Source: a virus
Taxonomy: Duplodnaviria; Caudoviricetes
Virus record (IMG/VR): IMGVR_UViG_3300020434_000087
Coordinates: 1-42,148 of that record
Reading direction: 5' to 3' (one strand)
DNA: 42,148 bases
A model generated the notes under the pieces. That model was not told the DNA's origin, made no database searches, and saw only the letters and a list, made by a program, of their open reading frames with translations. Positions within the stretch are counted from its first letter, which is position 1, and every line of letters begins with the position of its first letter. The translations under genes and the position numbers were made by a program. Shown one piece after another: positions 28,604-38,110 of the stretch.

Positions 28604-29950
28604 CTATAATTCTGGTCTAACTTGTTTTCCTTCAATATCTACAACAGTCTTTCCAGTTAATAACTTAATTGCTCCACGCAAATGTCCTAGATTATATGCA
28701 TATTCATTCCAACATGTCTGTGCAAATTCTTTTCCAGTTAAAAACATACAAGATCCTTGACACAATTGCAGCACAGGACAATGTGAACATTCGTCTCGCC
28801 AACTCCAATGTTGACTTGATTTTATTCTAACATTTTCTAAATCATCCATGTGTCCTGACAAATGTTTTCTTTCTAATCCAACATTCTGACACGTTAAAAC
28901 ATTACCTTTTAAATCAACTGCAATATCATCATCTCGATCCATTCCACATTTCTGTCCTAATGTGTCACTATCTTTTTTAAACATTAATGAACCATAAAAT
29001 TCATTAATCTTATCTACAGTTGTAAATACGCCTAAAAGTGGTTGATTTCCTTCAGTTATTCCTTTGAATACTTTTTCTTCCAAATCTTCCAAACCAGAAT
29101 AATCAAATTTGCCAGTTTTTGTATTCATGGCGGTGTCAATATCATATGCTTCTACTATACCCTCTGCTCCCACTGGAACATTTTCATCATTAAATTTATC
29201 TTTAAACCAATTTACCGTTTCATCAAAATCTTTTGTATTTTCTTTTGTCCAAACTATACTAAAACAAAATCCCAATTTTCCTTGAGCATTTAGTTCTAAC
29301 AATTGTTGTATAAGTTTAAATTTTTTGGGATTATTTAAAGGATCTGGACCTCTAAGATGATATCCAGGACCATCATGACTCATAGTAACTGCCATTTTAT
29401 ACTTTTTAAAAAAATCTATTTTTTCTTGAGTAATCAAACTGCCATTTGTGACTATACTAAATTCTACATCTTCTGGACAACGTTTTTTTAAAAATGGAAT
29501 TAGTTTTTTTATTTTTTTCCAATATAATAAAGGTTCTCCGCCCCAAACCTCCACAAGAGAACAATATTGTAAATCTAATCTATCATCTAATTTTGCCATA
29601 AATTCTTCAAGATCATCATCTCCCGTGACAGTTGATTCAGGAACAAAAGATGCTTGACTACAATACTCACATGAATAATTACATTTCAATCCTAATTGAA
29701 TTTTAAGTCTCATTGGTTCTTTGACTTTTTTTCCAGGATTAAAAAATGGATGAATAGGATCTACACCATGCATGTGATTATGGTCTTTTGGTTCTTCCAC
29801 ATACCACTTGTTTACCTTTTTTATTCCAACAGGATTTTTAGCATACATATCCTGTCCTTGTTCATTAGTTAATTTACTAAGGTGTGGTTTGTAATATAAT
29901 TTTGAACCGTCTTCGCAATGTAAGGTGTATGTCAAATCTTTATCTGCCAT
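28604..29950 (-). CDS. Radical SAM/SPASM protein (anSME/peptide-maturase-like)
   Basis: CNYSCEYC, GGEP, TNG, SHDG; SPASM Cys pattern KCG...TCQ...CSHCPVLQLCQGSC...QTC. Confidence 0.93.
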   Translation of the reverse strand: MADKDLTYTLHCEDGSKLYYKPHLSKLTNEQGQDMYAKNPVGIKKVNKWYVEEPKDHNHMHGVDPIHPFFNPGKKVKEPMRLKIQLGLKCNYSCEYCSQASFVPESTVTGDDDLEEFMAKLDDRLDLQYCSLVEVWGGEPLLYWKKIKKLIPFLKKRCPEDVEFSIVTNGSLITQEKIDFFKKYKMAVTMSHDGPGYHLRGPDPLNNPKKFKLIQQLLELNAQGKLGFCFSIVWTKENTKDFDETVNWFKDKFNDENVPVGAEGIVEAYDIDTAMNTKTGKFDYSGLEDLEEKVFKGITEGNQPLLGVFTTVDKINEFYGSLMFKKDSDTLGQKCGMDRDDDIAVDLKGNVLTCQNVGLERKHLSGHMDDLENVRIKSSQHWSWRDECSHCPVLQLCQGSCMFLTGKEFAQTCWNEYAYNLGHLRGAIKLLTGKTVVDIEGKQVRPEL

Positions 29951-30162
29951 TAATCCTTTCCATGCATTTCATAAATTAGATTCATGTTTCCATATGCTAA
30001 TTTATAACTTATTCTTCTATCAAAAGAATATCCACGAACACACGTCACCCTCTTACATGAATCTAAATCCAAAGCTTTATATTGCTCAGTTGTAGATATT
30101 TTAGAATAGTCTTTTTTGATAGAATATTTTTTTATTTTTCTAGGTTTTAGTAAGATACTCAT
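29950..30162 (-). CDS. Small basic hypothetical protein
   Basis: 70 aa; TAATG coupling with the radical SAM gene. Confidence 0.5.
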   Translation of the reverse strand: MSILLKPRKIKKYSIKKDYSKISTTEQYKALDLDSCKRVTCVRGYSFDRRISYKLAYGNMNLIYEMHGKD

Positions 30163-32008
30163 ATTTTTTTAGATAATCAAATTGTTTCAATCTGCCATTA
30201 TTAAATTGTAATTTCTCTTCTTGAAAAATTTCTTTCCAATCTTCAAAATTTTGATCACTCATCCAGTTAATCAAATAAGGATAATTGGCCATTAATTTTT
30301 GTCTTTCTTTTCTATCATATATATTTAAGCCATCAAATACACAAATTAAATTAAATTCATTGTATATTTGTTGCGCTTCTGTCTCTGGTTGATAATATAC
30401 AGGAGTATCTTTCCATACTTTCAATTTATGAGACATAGATTCACCCTCTCCTGTAAACTCTTCTTGATTCATATTAAATAATTCTTGTCGAGATTCCCAA
30501 AAATCAGTATCTTTTCTTGGAGTATAATAATGACAATGTACAAAATCCGCAATTTCTCTAATAATGTTTCCACACAATGCATTATATTCAAGTTGCGCTA
30601 TAGAATAATCTCCTTCATCCCAATTTATTTCTGGCCAATTAGTAAAATCTTCAATTCTTTTTTCTTCAAATTTTTCTACTAATGCATATATAATATCTCT
30701 TAGAATGAAATGTTGTACACACAAAGAACCCAAAGCAGTTGCTTCCAATGGTTCAACAAAACTTTGAGACATTCCCATACTAATACAATTATAAGCCCAG
30801 GGTTTTTCTAGATATCCTGACTTAAAACTGACAGGTTTAATTGGATTTATTTTTTTACCTAAAAACTTTTCCACTTCTTGTTGAGCATAATCATAATCAA
30901 TAAATCTGTCATCAAATACATAACCACAACCAATTCTATTCTGTAATGGAATTTGCCACATCCAACCACAATCCATAGCTTGTGCAGCAGTCCACATACC
31001 AATATCTTTTTCATTTTCTAAATTAAAAGGAAGAGCAGAATTTAAAGTTAAGTGTGGAAAGGGCCACCAATCTTTATCTTCTTCAAATTTAGAACTAATT
31101 GCTCTTCTTTCTCCTGAACAATCAAATACAAAATCACATTCATGTTTTTCTTGATCATCAGTAATTATTCCGGTAATCATACCTTCTGCAGTTTTCTCGA
31201 TATCAATGACAGTACCAGGAATATGAAGTACTCCTTCTTGAACACATTTTTCTTTGAAAAATTCTCCAACCTTTATCGCATCAAAATGTAAAGAAACTCC
31301 ACTCATTTGATTATCTGATAATGCTTTCATTAAATCTTCTAGTGATTCATCAGGAATACCATCATGCATGAACGGACTTGCCCATTCTAAAAAATTCAAT
31401 TCAGGTTCATTATAAACTCTGTTTACATATGCTCGTCTTGAGTGTTTATTGACATCACGTATTTCTAGATCCGGATCTTCTTCATATTCATGCATAATAT
31501 CTTCTGTATTTTCATCAAGCACTCCATCTTTAATCAATTCTTTATTTTCATCTGACAAATCTACATATTCTGTATGTTCTCCATCCAACTCTTTTATCTT
31601 TTCTTCTTGTTCTTGTGGTGTCAATTTGTTCCATATTAATTTCGCCGCCTCATCTTGCTCTTCTGGTTTGGGACTTTCTTCTAAGGTAGGCCATGAAACA
31701 TCACCAACTCTTAATAGATCACCAGTAAAAGGATGTAAAAAATTTGAACCTTTTGCATACCAATCTCTATAATCAATTCCTAATTTTACAGTTGCTCCTG
31801 TATATTGAAAAAATTCTTTTAAATCTATTCCTGTTTGTTTAAACCATCCAAAAAATATTGGAAGTCCGCCCTCGCCGGCACCAAGAATATCTATTTCTTC
31901 ACTAACAATTGCAGTAATTTTTATATCAGGGAAAAGTCTTCTCATCCAATATGCGGTCATCCATCCTGAAGTACCGCCTCCCACAACAACAATTTTTTCA
32001 ATATACAT
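30140..32008 (-). CDS. Flavin-dependent tryptophan-halogenase-family protein
   Basis: VVGGGTSGW, GAGEG, ATVKLGI (catalytic Lys), GWMWQIPL, FVEPLEAT. Confidence 0.92.
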   Translation of the reverse strand: MYIEKIVVVGGGTSGWMTAYWMRRLFPDIKITAIVSEEIDILGAGEGGLPIFFGWFKQTGIDLKEFFQYTGATVKLGIDYRDWYAKGSNFLHPFTGDLLRVGDVSWPTLEESPKPEEQDEAAKLIWNKLTPQEQEEKIKELDGEHTEYVDLSDENKELIKDGVLDENTEDIMHEYEEDPDLEIRDVNKHSRRAYVNRVYNEPELNFLEWASPFMHDGIPDESLEDLMKALSDNQMSGVSLHFDAIKVGEFFKEKCVQEGVLHIPGTVIDIEKTAEGMITGIITDDQEKHECDFVFDCSGERRAISSKFEEDKDWWPFPHLTLNSALPFNLENEKDIGMWTAAQAMDCGWMWQIPLQNRIGCGYVFDDRFIDYDYAQQEVEKFLGKKINPIKPVSFKSGYLEKPWAYNCISMGMSQSFVEPLEATALGSLCVQHFILRDIIYALVEKFEEKRIEDFTNWPEINWDEGDYSIAQLEYNALCGNIIREIADFVHCHYYTPRKDTDFWESRQELFNMNQEEFTGEGESMSHKLKVWKDTPVYYQPETEAQQIYNEFNLICVFDGLNIYDRKERQKLMANYPYLINWMSDQNFEDWKEIFQEEKLQFNNGRLKQFDYLKKYEYLTKT

Positions 32009-32011
32009 AAT

Positions 32012-32830
32012 CTATCCTTCTAAATCGGTATTAAGGGTATTTTCTTGTACCCACTCTGTCCCGTCCATTCTATTCCACCGCGCTTCTGCTTCTGCTGCGG
32101 TGGTCATTATTGGATTTTTATATGAACCTTTATCCAATGGTGTTAAAACTGCATCTTTATAAATTATATGAAATGCTTCTGCAAAACTACCTACAATATC
32201 ACCAATCCACATTTCTTCATGTTCAGCAATTGTAACGTCTCCCTTTTTAACATCAAGAGTTTTTACATCATCATTGGAATTTGTTTTTTTATAATGTAGT
32301 GTAGCACATTTAGTCCACAATGTACATACTATTGAATCACCATGAGGCCATGCTTCAGTTCTCTTGGTTGATTTTCTTTGCCATCTTCCCCAATTTGCTC
32401 GACTTAAAAAAACAAATAAATTTCTTGATACTTCACCTTTATCTATAGCCTCTTTTAAATTGCTCGTTTTTCCGTCTACCATCATAGAAATTGGTTTTTT
32501 AAATAACTTTTTATTATAATGTTCTCCATCACTAATTATTTGAGATTCTTTTTCTGCCCATACCTTAAATCTTAATTCTTTGATTGGTTGAGCATATCCC
32601 AATTCTCTCATTTTCTTATTCATTAATTTCAATTTATCTTTAATATTTTCATACTTATCTACTGTAAATGATCCATCATAATTTTTTGATCTCACAGCTG
32701 AAAGCGTATATCTATCAGCTCCTCTCATTGCTTTTGCTGCACGAACATTAAAAACTGATTTAGTTGATGCTCCACATGCTCTAAAAGGATAAGTTTCTTC
32801 TATAGTAAAAAATTCTTGTATTCTTCTCAT
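32012..32830 (-). CDS. Hypothetical protein
   Basis: 272-aa ORF packed between two halogenase-fold genes. Confidence 0.7.
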   Translation of the reverse strand: MRRIQEFFTIEETYPFRACGASTKSVFNVRAAKAMRGADRYTLSAVRSKNYDGSFTVDKYENIKDKLKLMNKKMRELGYAQPIKELRFKVWAEKESQIISDGEHYNKKLFKKPISMMVDGKTSNLKEAIDKGEVSRNLFVFLSRANWGRWQRKSTKRTEAWPHGDSIVCTLWTKCATLHYKKTNSNDDVKTLDVKKGDVTIAEHEEMWIGDIVGSFAEAFHIIYKDAVLTPLDKGSYKNPIMTTAAEAEARWNRMDGTEWVQENTLNTDLEG

Positions 32831-34762
32831 TTAAATAGTACTATCTTCTGATGATGTATATTCTTTTATTTGAATATACTTATGACGAGTTAATAATTTT
32901 CCTGTTCCATCTTCTAACAAAATATGATTTGCTGTGATGGGAGTTAACGAATCTTCGCCAACTAAATGTTTAGCTCTAAACTCCTCAAAAGTTAATGTGC
33001 CAAATTCATAAAATTTTGATTTTAACATAATAGAAAGTAATCTAATATCCTCAAATATATCCTCATATCCAATAAATTTATTACTAAAATCTTTTGTTAT
33101 TTTTCCTCTTGCTTCAGCAATGAATGTATATTCTAAATCCAAATACGGCCATGCCACTCGACTCGGAGAATTACTTCCACCAGGAGAATTTCCATATTTA
33201 GTTACAAAAGTTGAAGATAAAGAATGTCCCAAATAATCCGCTACATGAGGAACTTTTGGTATATCACCATTCCATGAATCAAATAAATTTTTATATTTGG
33301 AAGGTACAGAATTTGCCCATTCCCAACCAGGACCAATTGTATTATTATCCCATACATAATAAGCAAATTGTTTAAATTCATCTCTATTAATTCTATAATG
33401 ATATTGTGCTGATGACAAATACATTGGAGAATTATCAGGATCTGCAATACAATTTGTTAATTTTTCTGTACACATATATGCATAATTAAAAACATTTGAT
33501 AATTCTTCATACATCACAGGATTTAATCCTTGTCTCTTAATATCAAGTCTTATATAATTTGAATTGTATTTGTCATTTATAATAAATCTATCTTGTACAT
33601 TTCTTCCACTTAAAGAAACTGTATTAATATTATCCTTTGCTCCCGCAAGAAATTCTCCTGCATGACTTCCAGTAACAGAATCACAATTTGAATCTGTTAT
33701 TTGAAACTCTTTATGCATCGTTTTATTTCGATAAACTTCATGAACTCTCGCACCATTTGGAATTCCATCAACTTGATATACCGCATGTGAACTCATATCA
33801 TGTCGTGAAGATTCATATTCTCGATATTGTGTCCAAGGCATTGTTGAATTTATTTCTGTCAAATCTTCATCAGATTCTATAAAACTTGTCATTTGTGCAT
33901 GATCACATCCAGTATCAATTACAAAATCAACCTCTATATCAGTTCCACCAATTGTTAAGTGTGTAATATTTTTCCAATCTTTTGCGAACAAATCATCATT
34001 AAAATTTTGTTCTTCATAAGTATCTAATGATTTCCAATTAAAAGATTCCTCTCGAATACCAGCACCCAAATCCGGAGATTTTTGTTCAATAGTAAAGCTT
34101 TCAATGGCGTCTGTAACAATAGAAATATTTAATTCCGCAATTCTAGCATCTAATAATGTCACAATTCCATCCAAATCATAACATGTCGGCATTGCATGAG
34201 CCCAATTAAAATCTCCATAATCAGGAGCTGAATTTATAACTGCATTTTCCATATTAAAAAAATGTTCTTGAGATGGTGTATTATGAAATCTCTCTGCAGA
34301 AAACCATGTCCATATATCCAAAATAGAATAATACTCATTTGGATATTTGTATTTCATCCATTCAAAAAATAATCGAATTTGTTCATTTTCATCTGCATCA
34401 ACATGAAATCCTTTTACTATACATTGATAATGAGTCATAATAAGAGGAAATACATTACTTACCATTGTTATATAAACATTAGAAACAATACCATTATCAT
34501 TGTGTTGCCAATTTTGACCCATCGCCACAGTGGTATTGGTATTTTCAAATAGATCTTGAGTTTTAATTCCGATATATTCATTCAAATACCTTGTTCCAGG
34601 ACAACACATTGGATATTGAATAGGGACCATTACATGATTCTCATATTCCTGCCCATTTGTATAAATTGTAGTAGTAACATTAGGACAACCAAGATGCATC
34701 GTTAATGCTTCTAATTTTGCTTCTAAAGTATTTCCTAATATTGCTATATTGTTTATCGCCAT
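32831..34762 (-). CDS. Highly diverged halogenase-fold protein (probable pseudo-enzyme)
   Basis: NIAILG start, NTTVAMG, DFVIDTG and GLNP are colinear with halogenase landmarks; GxGxxG, the catalytic Lys and WxWxIP are absent. Confidence 0.55.
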   Translation of the reverse strand: MAINNIAILGNTLEAKLEALTMHLGCPNVTTTIYTNGQEYENHVMVPIQYPMCCPGTRYLNEYIGIKTQDLFENTNTTVAMGQNWQHNDNGIVSNVYITMVSNVFPLIMTHYQCIVKGFHVDADENEQIRLFFEWMKYKYPNEYYSILDIWTWFSAERFHNTPSQEHFFNMENAVINSAPDYGDFNWAHAMPTCYDLDGIVTLLDARIAELNISIVTDAIESFTIEQKSPDLGAGIREESFNWKSLDTYEEQNFNDDLFAKDWKNITHLTIGGTDIEVDFVIDTGCDHAQMTSFIESDEDLTEINSTMPWTQYREYESSRHDMSSHAVYQVDGIPNGARVHEVYRNKTMHKEFQITDSNCDSVTGSHAGEFLAGAKDNINTVSLSGRNVQDRFIINDKYNSNYIRLDIKRQGLNPVMYEELSNVFNYAYMCTEKLTNCIADPDNSPMYLSSAQYHYRINRDEFKQFAYYVWDNNTIGPGWEWANSVPSKYKNLFDSWNGDIPKVPHVADYLGHSLSSTFVTKYGNSPGGSNSPSRVAWPYLDLEYTFIAEARGKITKDFSNKFIGYEDIFEDIRLLSIMLKSKFYEFGTLTFEEFRAKHLVGEDSLTPITANHILLEDGTGKLLTRHKYIQIKEYTSSEDSTI

Positions 34763-35304
34763 TTGTCTCCCACACAGAAACAGAATAAGTAAGATAATCC
34801 CTCTTCACATTTAACTTCTTCTATTTCATATCCTGTGAATACGTTAAAAACTGCTATCGCCCCCTTTTTCTGATAAAAAATATCATCAAGGCTTGTTCTT
34901 TTTCTAGTTGATTCATAAAGAACTATATTCCCTCCCCTTTCCTTTGGATCAAAGGGATCATTCATGTTTACTACAGCAACCAATTTTCTATCAAGATGAT
35001 TTTGATAAAAATGGTTCAATTCTTTTCTTACTGAATAACTTCCACCTTTTGAATATTTCTCCCACCTTACAGCTTCGGTATAGGATATATCATATCCAAA
35101 ATTTAGAGAATTCGCTCTTTTAAAATAATAATAAACATTTTCTTCAATATTACTTACATAACCTCCACCATACCAATCAACTTCAACATTTTTACCAGCA
35201 CCTGAAGATGCATTTCCTTTGGATTGTAAGTCTCCCATTGACATTGACATTTCATCTACAATTTCTTCTACCGCACCAGGAAAAACAATATGATCATATA
35301 ACAT
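34753..35304 (-). CDS. Degenerate PKHD-like 2OG-Fe(II) oxygenase
   Basis: ANSLNFGYDI, DRKLV, GGNI, KGAIAVF, G-x-K-W-R end; no HxD...H. Confidence 0.65.
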   Translation of the reverse strand: MLYDHIVFPGAVEEIVDEMSMSMGDLQSKGNASSGAGKNVEVDWYGGGYVSNIEENVYYYFKRANSLNFGYDISYTEAVRWEKYSKGGSYSVRKELNHFYQNHLDRKLVAVVNMNDPFDPKERGGNIVLYESTRKRTSLDDIFYQKKGAIAVFNVFTGYEIEEVKCEEGLSYLFCFCVGDKWR

Positions 35305-35311
35305 AATTACC

Positions 35312-35986
35312 TCACTTTAATTTTGGACCAATGATATCAAAAGCAAGAACTTGTAAAAATCCGCTTTTAATTTTATTAAAAGAATAACATAAAAAAGACG
35401 GGAAGATTACTAAATTTCCCCTAAGATTATAATTTCCTAAAGGAGAAGATATGTCTTGATTTTTATCAAATAATAATTCTCCACCTTCTGATTTATTATG
35501 GTCTGACAAATATACATATCCCGTCAATTTTCTATCATTTGCTTCTTCACTATACCATAACATATTTTCATGATATCCAAAAAAATCATCTTTTTTAAAT
35601 GTAAGTATTTCTGGATCTTTTTCCATTCCCCAAATTTCATAACCAAATACTTTCACATTTGCATCAAAAATATAACTCATTAAATGGTCTTCTAAACTAT
35701 TAGGAAGAGTTGATTCAAATGCCCTTATTTCAATTTCATTTTTTGGTTGATTATCTTCTTCTTGCTTTATATGTATTGTATCATCTAAAATAACTTTCTC
35801 ATAAGAATATAAACTCTTTCCATGTTTATAATTTAATAAAAAACTTTCATCATCATTTGATAGAATTACATCTCTTCCTTTTTGTAACTCTTGTATTTCG
35901 TCACATTGTTCAAGAGAAAAACAATCATTATAAATTACAATATTAGCTTTTCTAATACTATAATTATCTAACATCATCACATTCAT
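35312..35986 (-). CDS. Degenerate PKHD-like 2OG-Fe(II) oxygenase
   Basis: YHEN, DRKLT, EGGEL, GNLVIFPSFLCY (distal His replaced by Tyr), GPKLK. Confidence 0.72.
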   Translation of the reverse strand: MNVMMLDNYSIRKANIVIYNDCFSLEQCDEIQELQKGRDVILSNDDESFLLNYKHGKSLYSYEKVILDDTIHIKQEEDNQPKNEIEIRAFESTLPNSLEDHLMSYIFDANVKVFGYEIWGMEKDPEILTFKKDDFFGYHENMLWYSEEANDRKLTGYVYLSDHNKSEGGELLFDKNQDISSPLGNYNLRGNLVIFPSFLCYSFNKIKSGFLQVLAFDIIGPKLK

Positions 35987-35989
35987 AAT

Positions 35990-36784
35990 TTACTCCTTAT
36001 TTTCTATATCTTCAACCTTTTTATTCAATTCTTTAATAGCATTCAATAATACAGGTATCATTTTTACATATGCTACCGCTCTATATTGTTTATCTTCCAC
36101 CTCAACCATATCAACCATTTCAGGAAATACTTGTTCTATTTCCTCAGCCATAAATCCCAATTCTTGAACATCTGCATCTTTTTCATTAACTTCTCCATCT
36201 TGAAATTCTACACCCTTCTCATTATATTTAAACATGATGGATTGGATCTGTTTTATTTTTTCTAAACCATTATCCATTCCTTCAACATTTTCCTTGAGTC
36301 TTCCATCACTCCAACATGCACACGCGCATTTACACTTACACTTGCACTTGCATTTACACGCACATTTGCACTTGCACTTACATTTGCATTTACACTTGCA
36401 TTTACACTTACATTTGCATTTGCATTTACACTTGCATTTACACTTACATTGGCATTTACACTTACAGTTACAATTTTGTGTATATTCGAATCTTAATTGT
36501 CTTCCACCACCTTCACCCGTCGAAATACCCATTTTGTTAACATTATAAAATCTTAATCCACTTCCCGTTTGATTAGTTTGACCATCTCCTGCGGTATTAT
36601 TAATATATACAGAATTAATAAACCAGTTTGATGCAACATAATGTCCAGGAATTGACATGGGATCAATCATACTGGCAGAGATTGCTATCGACCCATCAGA
36701 TTGTACTTCCATTCCATGCATTCTGTTGGGCGAGCCGTACCCCGCACCCTGCTTTCCTGACTTAGATCCAAATTTTAACGCCAT
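35990..36784 (-). CDS. Cys-Lys repeat protein with C-terminal peptidase S74 intramolecular chaperone (fibre-tip-like)
   Basis: 27 alternating Cys, then WSDGRLKENV, GFMAEEIEQVFPEMV and a LLNAIKELNKKV coiled coil; AAGGA SD. Confidence 0.88.
   Translation of the reverse strand: MALKFGSKSGKQGAGYGSPNRMHGMEVQSDGSIAISASMIDPMSIPGHYVASNWFINSVYINNTAGDGQTNQTGSGLRFYNVNKMGISTGEGGGRQLRFEYTQNCNCKCKCQCKCKCKCKCKCKCKCKCKCKCKCKCKCKCACKCKCKCKCKCACACWSDGRLKENVEGMDNGLEKIKQIQSIMFKYNEKGVEFQDGEVNEKDADVQELGFMAEEIEQVFPEMVDMVEVEDKQYRAVAYVKMIPVLLNAIKELNKKVEDIENKE
36314..36472 (-). repeat. Hexanucleotide-period coding repeat, mainly TGY-AAR: 27 Cys alternating with 21 K, 3 A, 1 N, 1 Q
   Basis: Codons counted directly; both TGT/TGC and AAA/AAG are used. 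Confidence 0.95.
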
Positions 36785-36794
36785 AATTTATCCT

Positions 36795-38096
36795 TTAACT
36801 AAAACATACACAAGTAATACCCTGTTTCGCTGTCACAAATGACAAAGCTGAACCTTCTCCATATCCTCCTGCGTGTCTAGCGTGACCATTAATCGTACCA
36901 TTACATCCTCCGGAACAACAATATTCTCCTGACCAATAATCTATCGCGCAGCCATCCATGAATCCCATATTATTTTCACACCTTAACATTATCGAATTTA
37001 ATACCTTACCTCTTCTATCTGACCCAGGATCACAACTTGCAAAATCTGCTTCCCAGCCCATACCTATCATAAATCCTCTTTTACAAATTGGTTCACCAGA
37101 CCAAGTGAAATAATGAGGAAAAATCCAACAGCCGGCTGGATATTCCCCCGTACCCACCTGTCCATCTCCATCAAATCTACCAGGCCCTGCAGCCCAGTTT
37201 GTACATCCCCATAATTTATTTTTACCAGTTCCATCAGTACAAAACCAATCTGAGAAGCAAGTGCAGTGGTAACGAATCCCAACACCACTCGCGTTGTTCC
37301 CCGGCTGATGATTTACTTCTAGATATCCACCATTACCAACAGTTCCATCTAAACTAGCAGTATGCCAATTTCTCCCATACCCCAACGTGTTGTTGCCCTC
37401 AAATAAGTTATGTGCAACTTGATTTGTCCGCTGAGTACATACCACGCTCCCGCTGTTCCAGCCAGTTACACCTATGAATGCTCTTTCACAACAGCGTTCC
37501 ATATCCCAAATAAATTCATCACCATGAGGATAACAATAATTTGTTCCATTATGTGCTCCCTCCGTGTACACCATACTTGTTCTTAAACTTCCAGCACTAT
37601 GAGTTGCATTTAATCCTGCTCCACCTTCTCCCCAATGTCCATTAATTCCCAACATTCCTGATCTATATTCTGATTGACCAAAACCAAAAATAACATGAGA
37701 TAAACATCTACTTCCATCAGCTTGACACTGCCTGGGTGGCATACACTGATCGCAAAAGTGCCAATGTGATTGACAGTCGAGATTACCCGTGCCCCAATTT
37801 TGATTACCAGTATACCCAGGATCTTGCGTTGGACCTTTTTTCCCAACATGTTCACAAAAAAATGGATATTTATCAAGGCCTCCTCCTGCCGGCAGATCAC
37901 ATCCACCTGAATGTTCTAAGACTACTGAACCGGAACAACCACCAGGATTAGTAGCCATTATTCCACCACATCCTCCAAATGTTTCTCCAGGATATACACA
38001 GGCGGTAACATTTGAACCATCATTATTCGTATTACCGGATGCATCCATAAACATTTGTTTAGAAATAACTTTTTTACTACCTACATAAAATGCCAT
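36795..38096 (-). CDS. Cys/Gly/Trp-rich hypothetical protein, probably virion or fibre-associated
   Basis: About 28 Cys in 433 aa; N-terminus MAFYVGSKK. Confidence 0.7.
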   Translation of the reverse strand: MAFYVGSKKVISKQMFMDASGNTNNDGSNVTACVYPGETFGGCGGIMATNPGGCSGSVVLEHSGGCDLPAGGGLDKYPFFCEHVGKKGPTQDPGYTGNQNWGTGNLDCQSHWHFCDQCMPPRQCQADGSRCLSHVIFGFGQSEYRSGMLGINGHWGEGGAGLNATHSAGSLRTSMVYTEGAHNGTNYCYPHGDEFIWDMERCCERAFIGVTGWNSGSVVCTQRTNQVAHNLFEGNNTLGYGRNWHTASLDGTVGNGGYLEVNHQPGNNASGVGIRYHCTCFSDWFCTDGTGKNKLWGCTNWAAGPGRFDGDGQVGTGEYPAGCWIFPHYFTWSGEPICKRGFMIGMGWEADFASCDPGSDRRGKVLNSIMLRCENNMGFMDGCAIDYWSGEYCCSGGCNGTINGHARHAGGYGEGSALSFVTAKQGITCVCFS

Positions 38097-38110
38097 TTAT
38101 TGTTTTGCTC

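Noticed and set aside
29950-30162. 70-aa ORF as RiPP precursor or PqqD/RRE
   Set aside because: No leader/core pattern or recognisable RRE features; kept as hypothetical.
36314-36472. Microsatellite/phase-variation tract or CRISPR-like array
   Set aside because: Period of 6 keeps the frame, synonymous positions vary, and there are no spacers.
36234-36548. Plus-strand ORFs with (HL)n and (YT/CI)n repeats
   Set aside because: Antisense shadows of the Cys-Lys repeat; the minus frame continues into a clear S74 domain.
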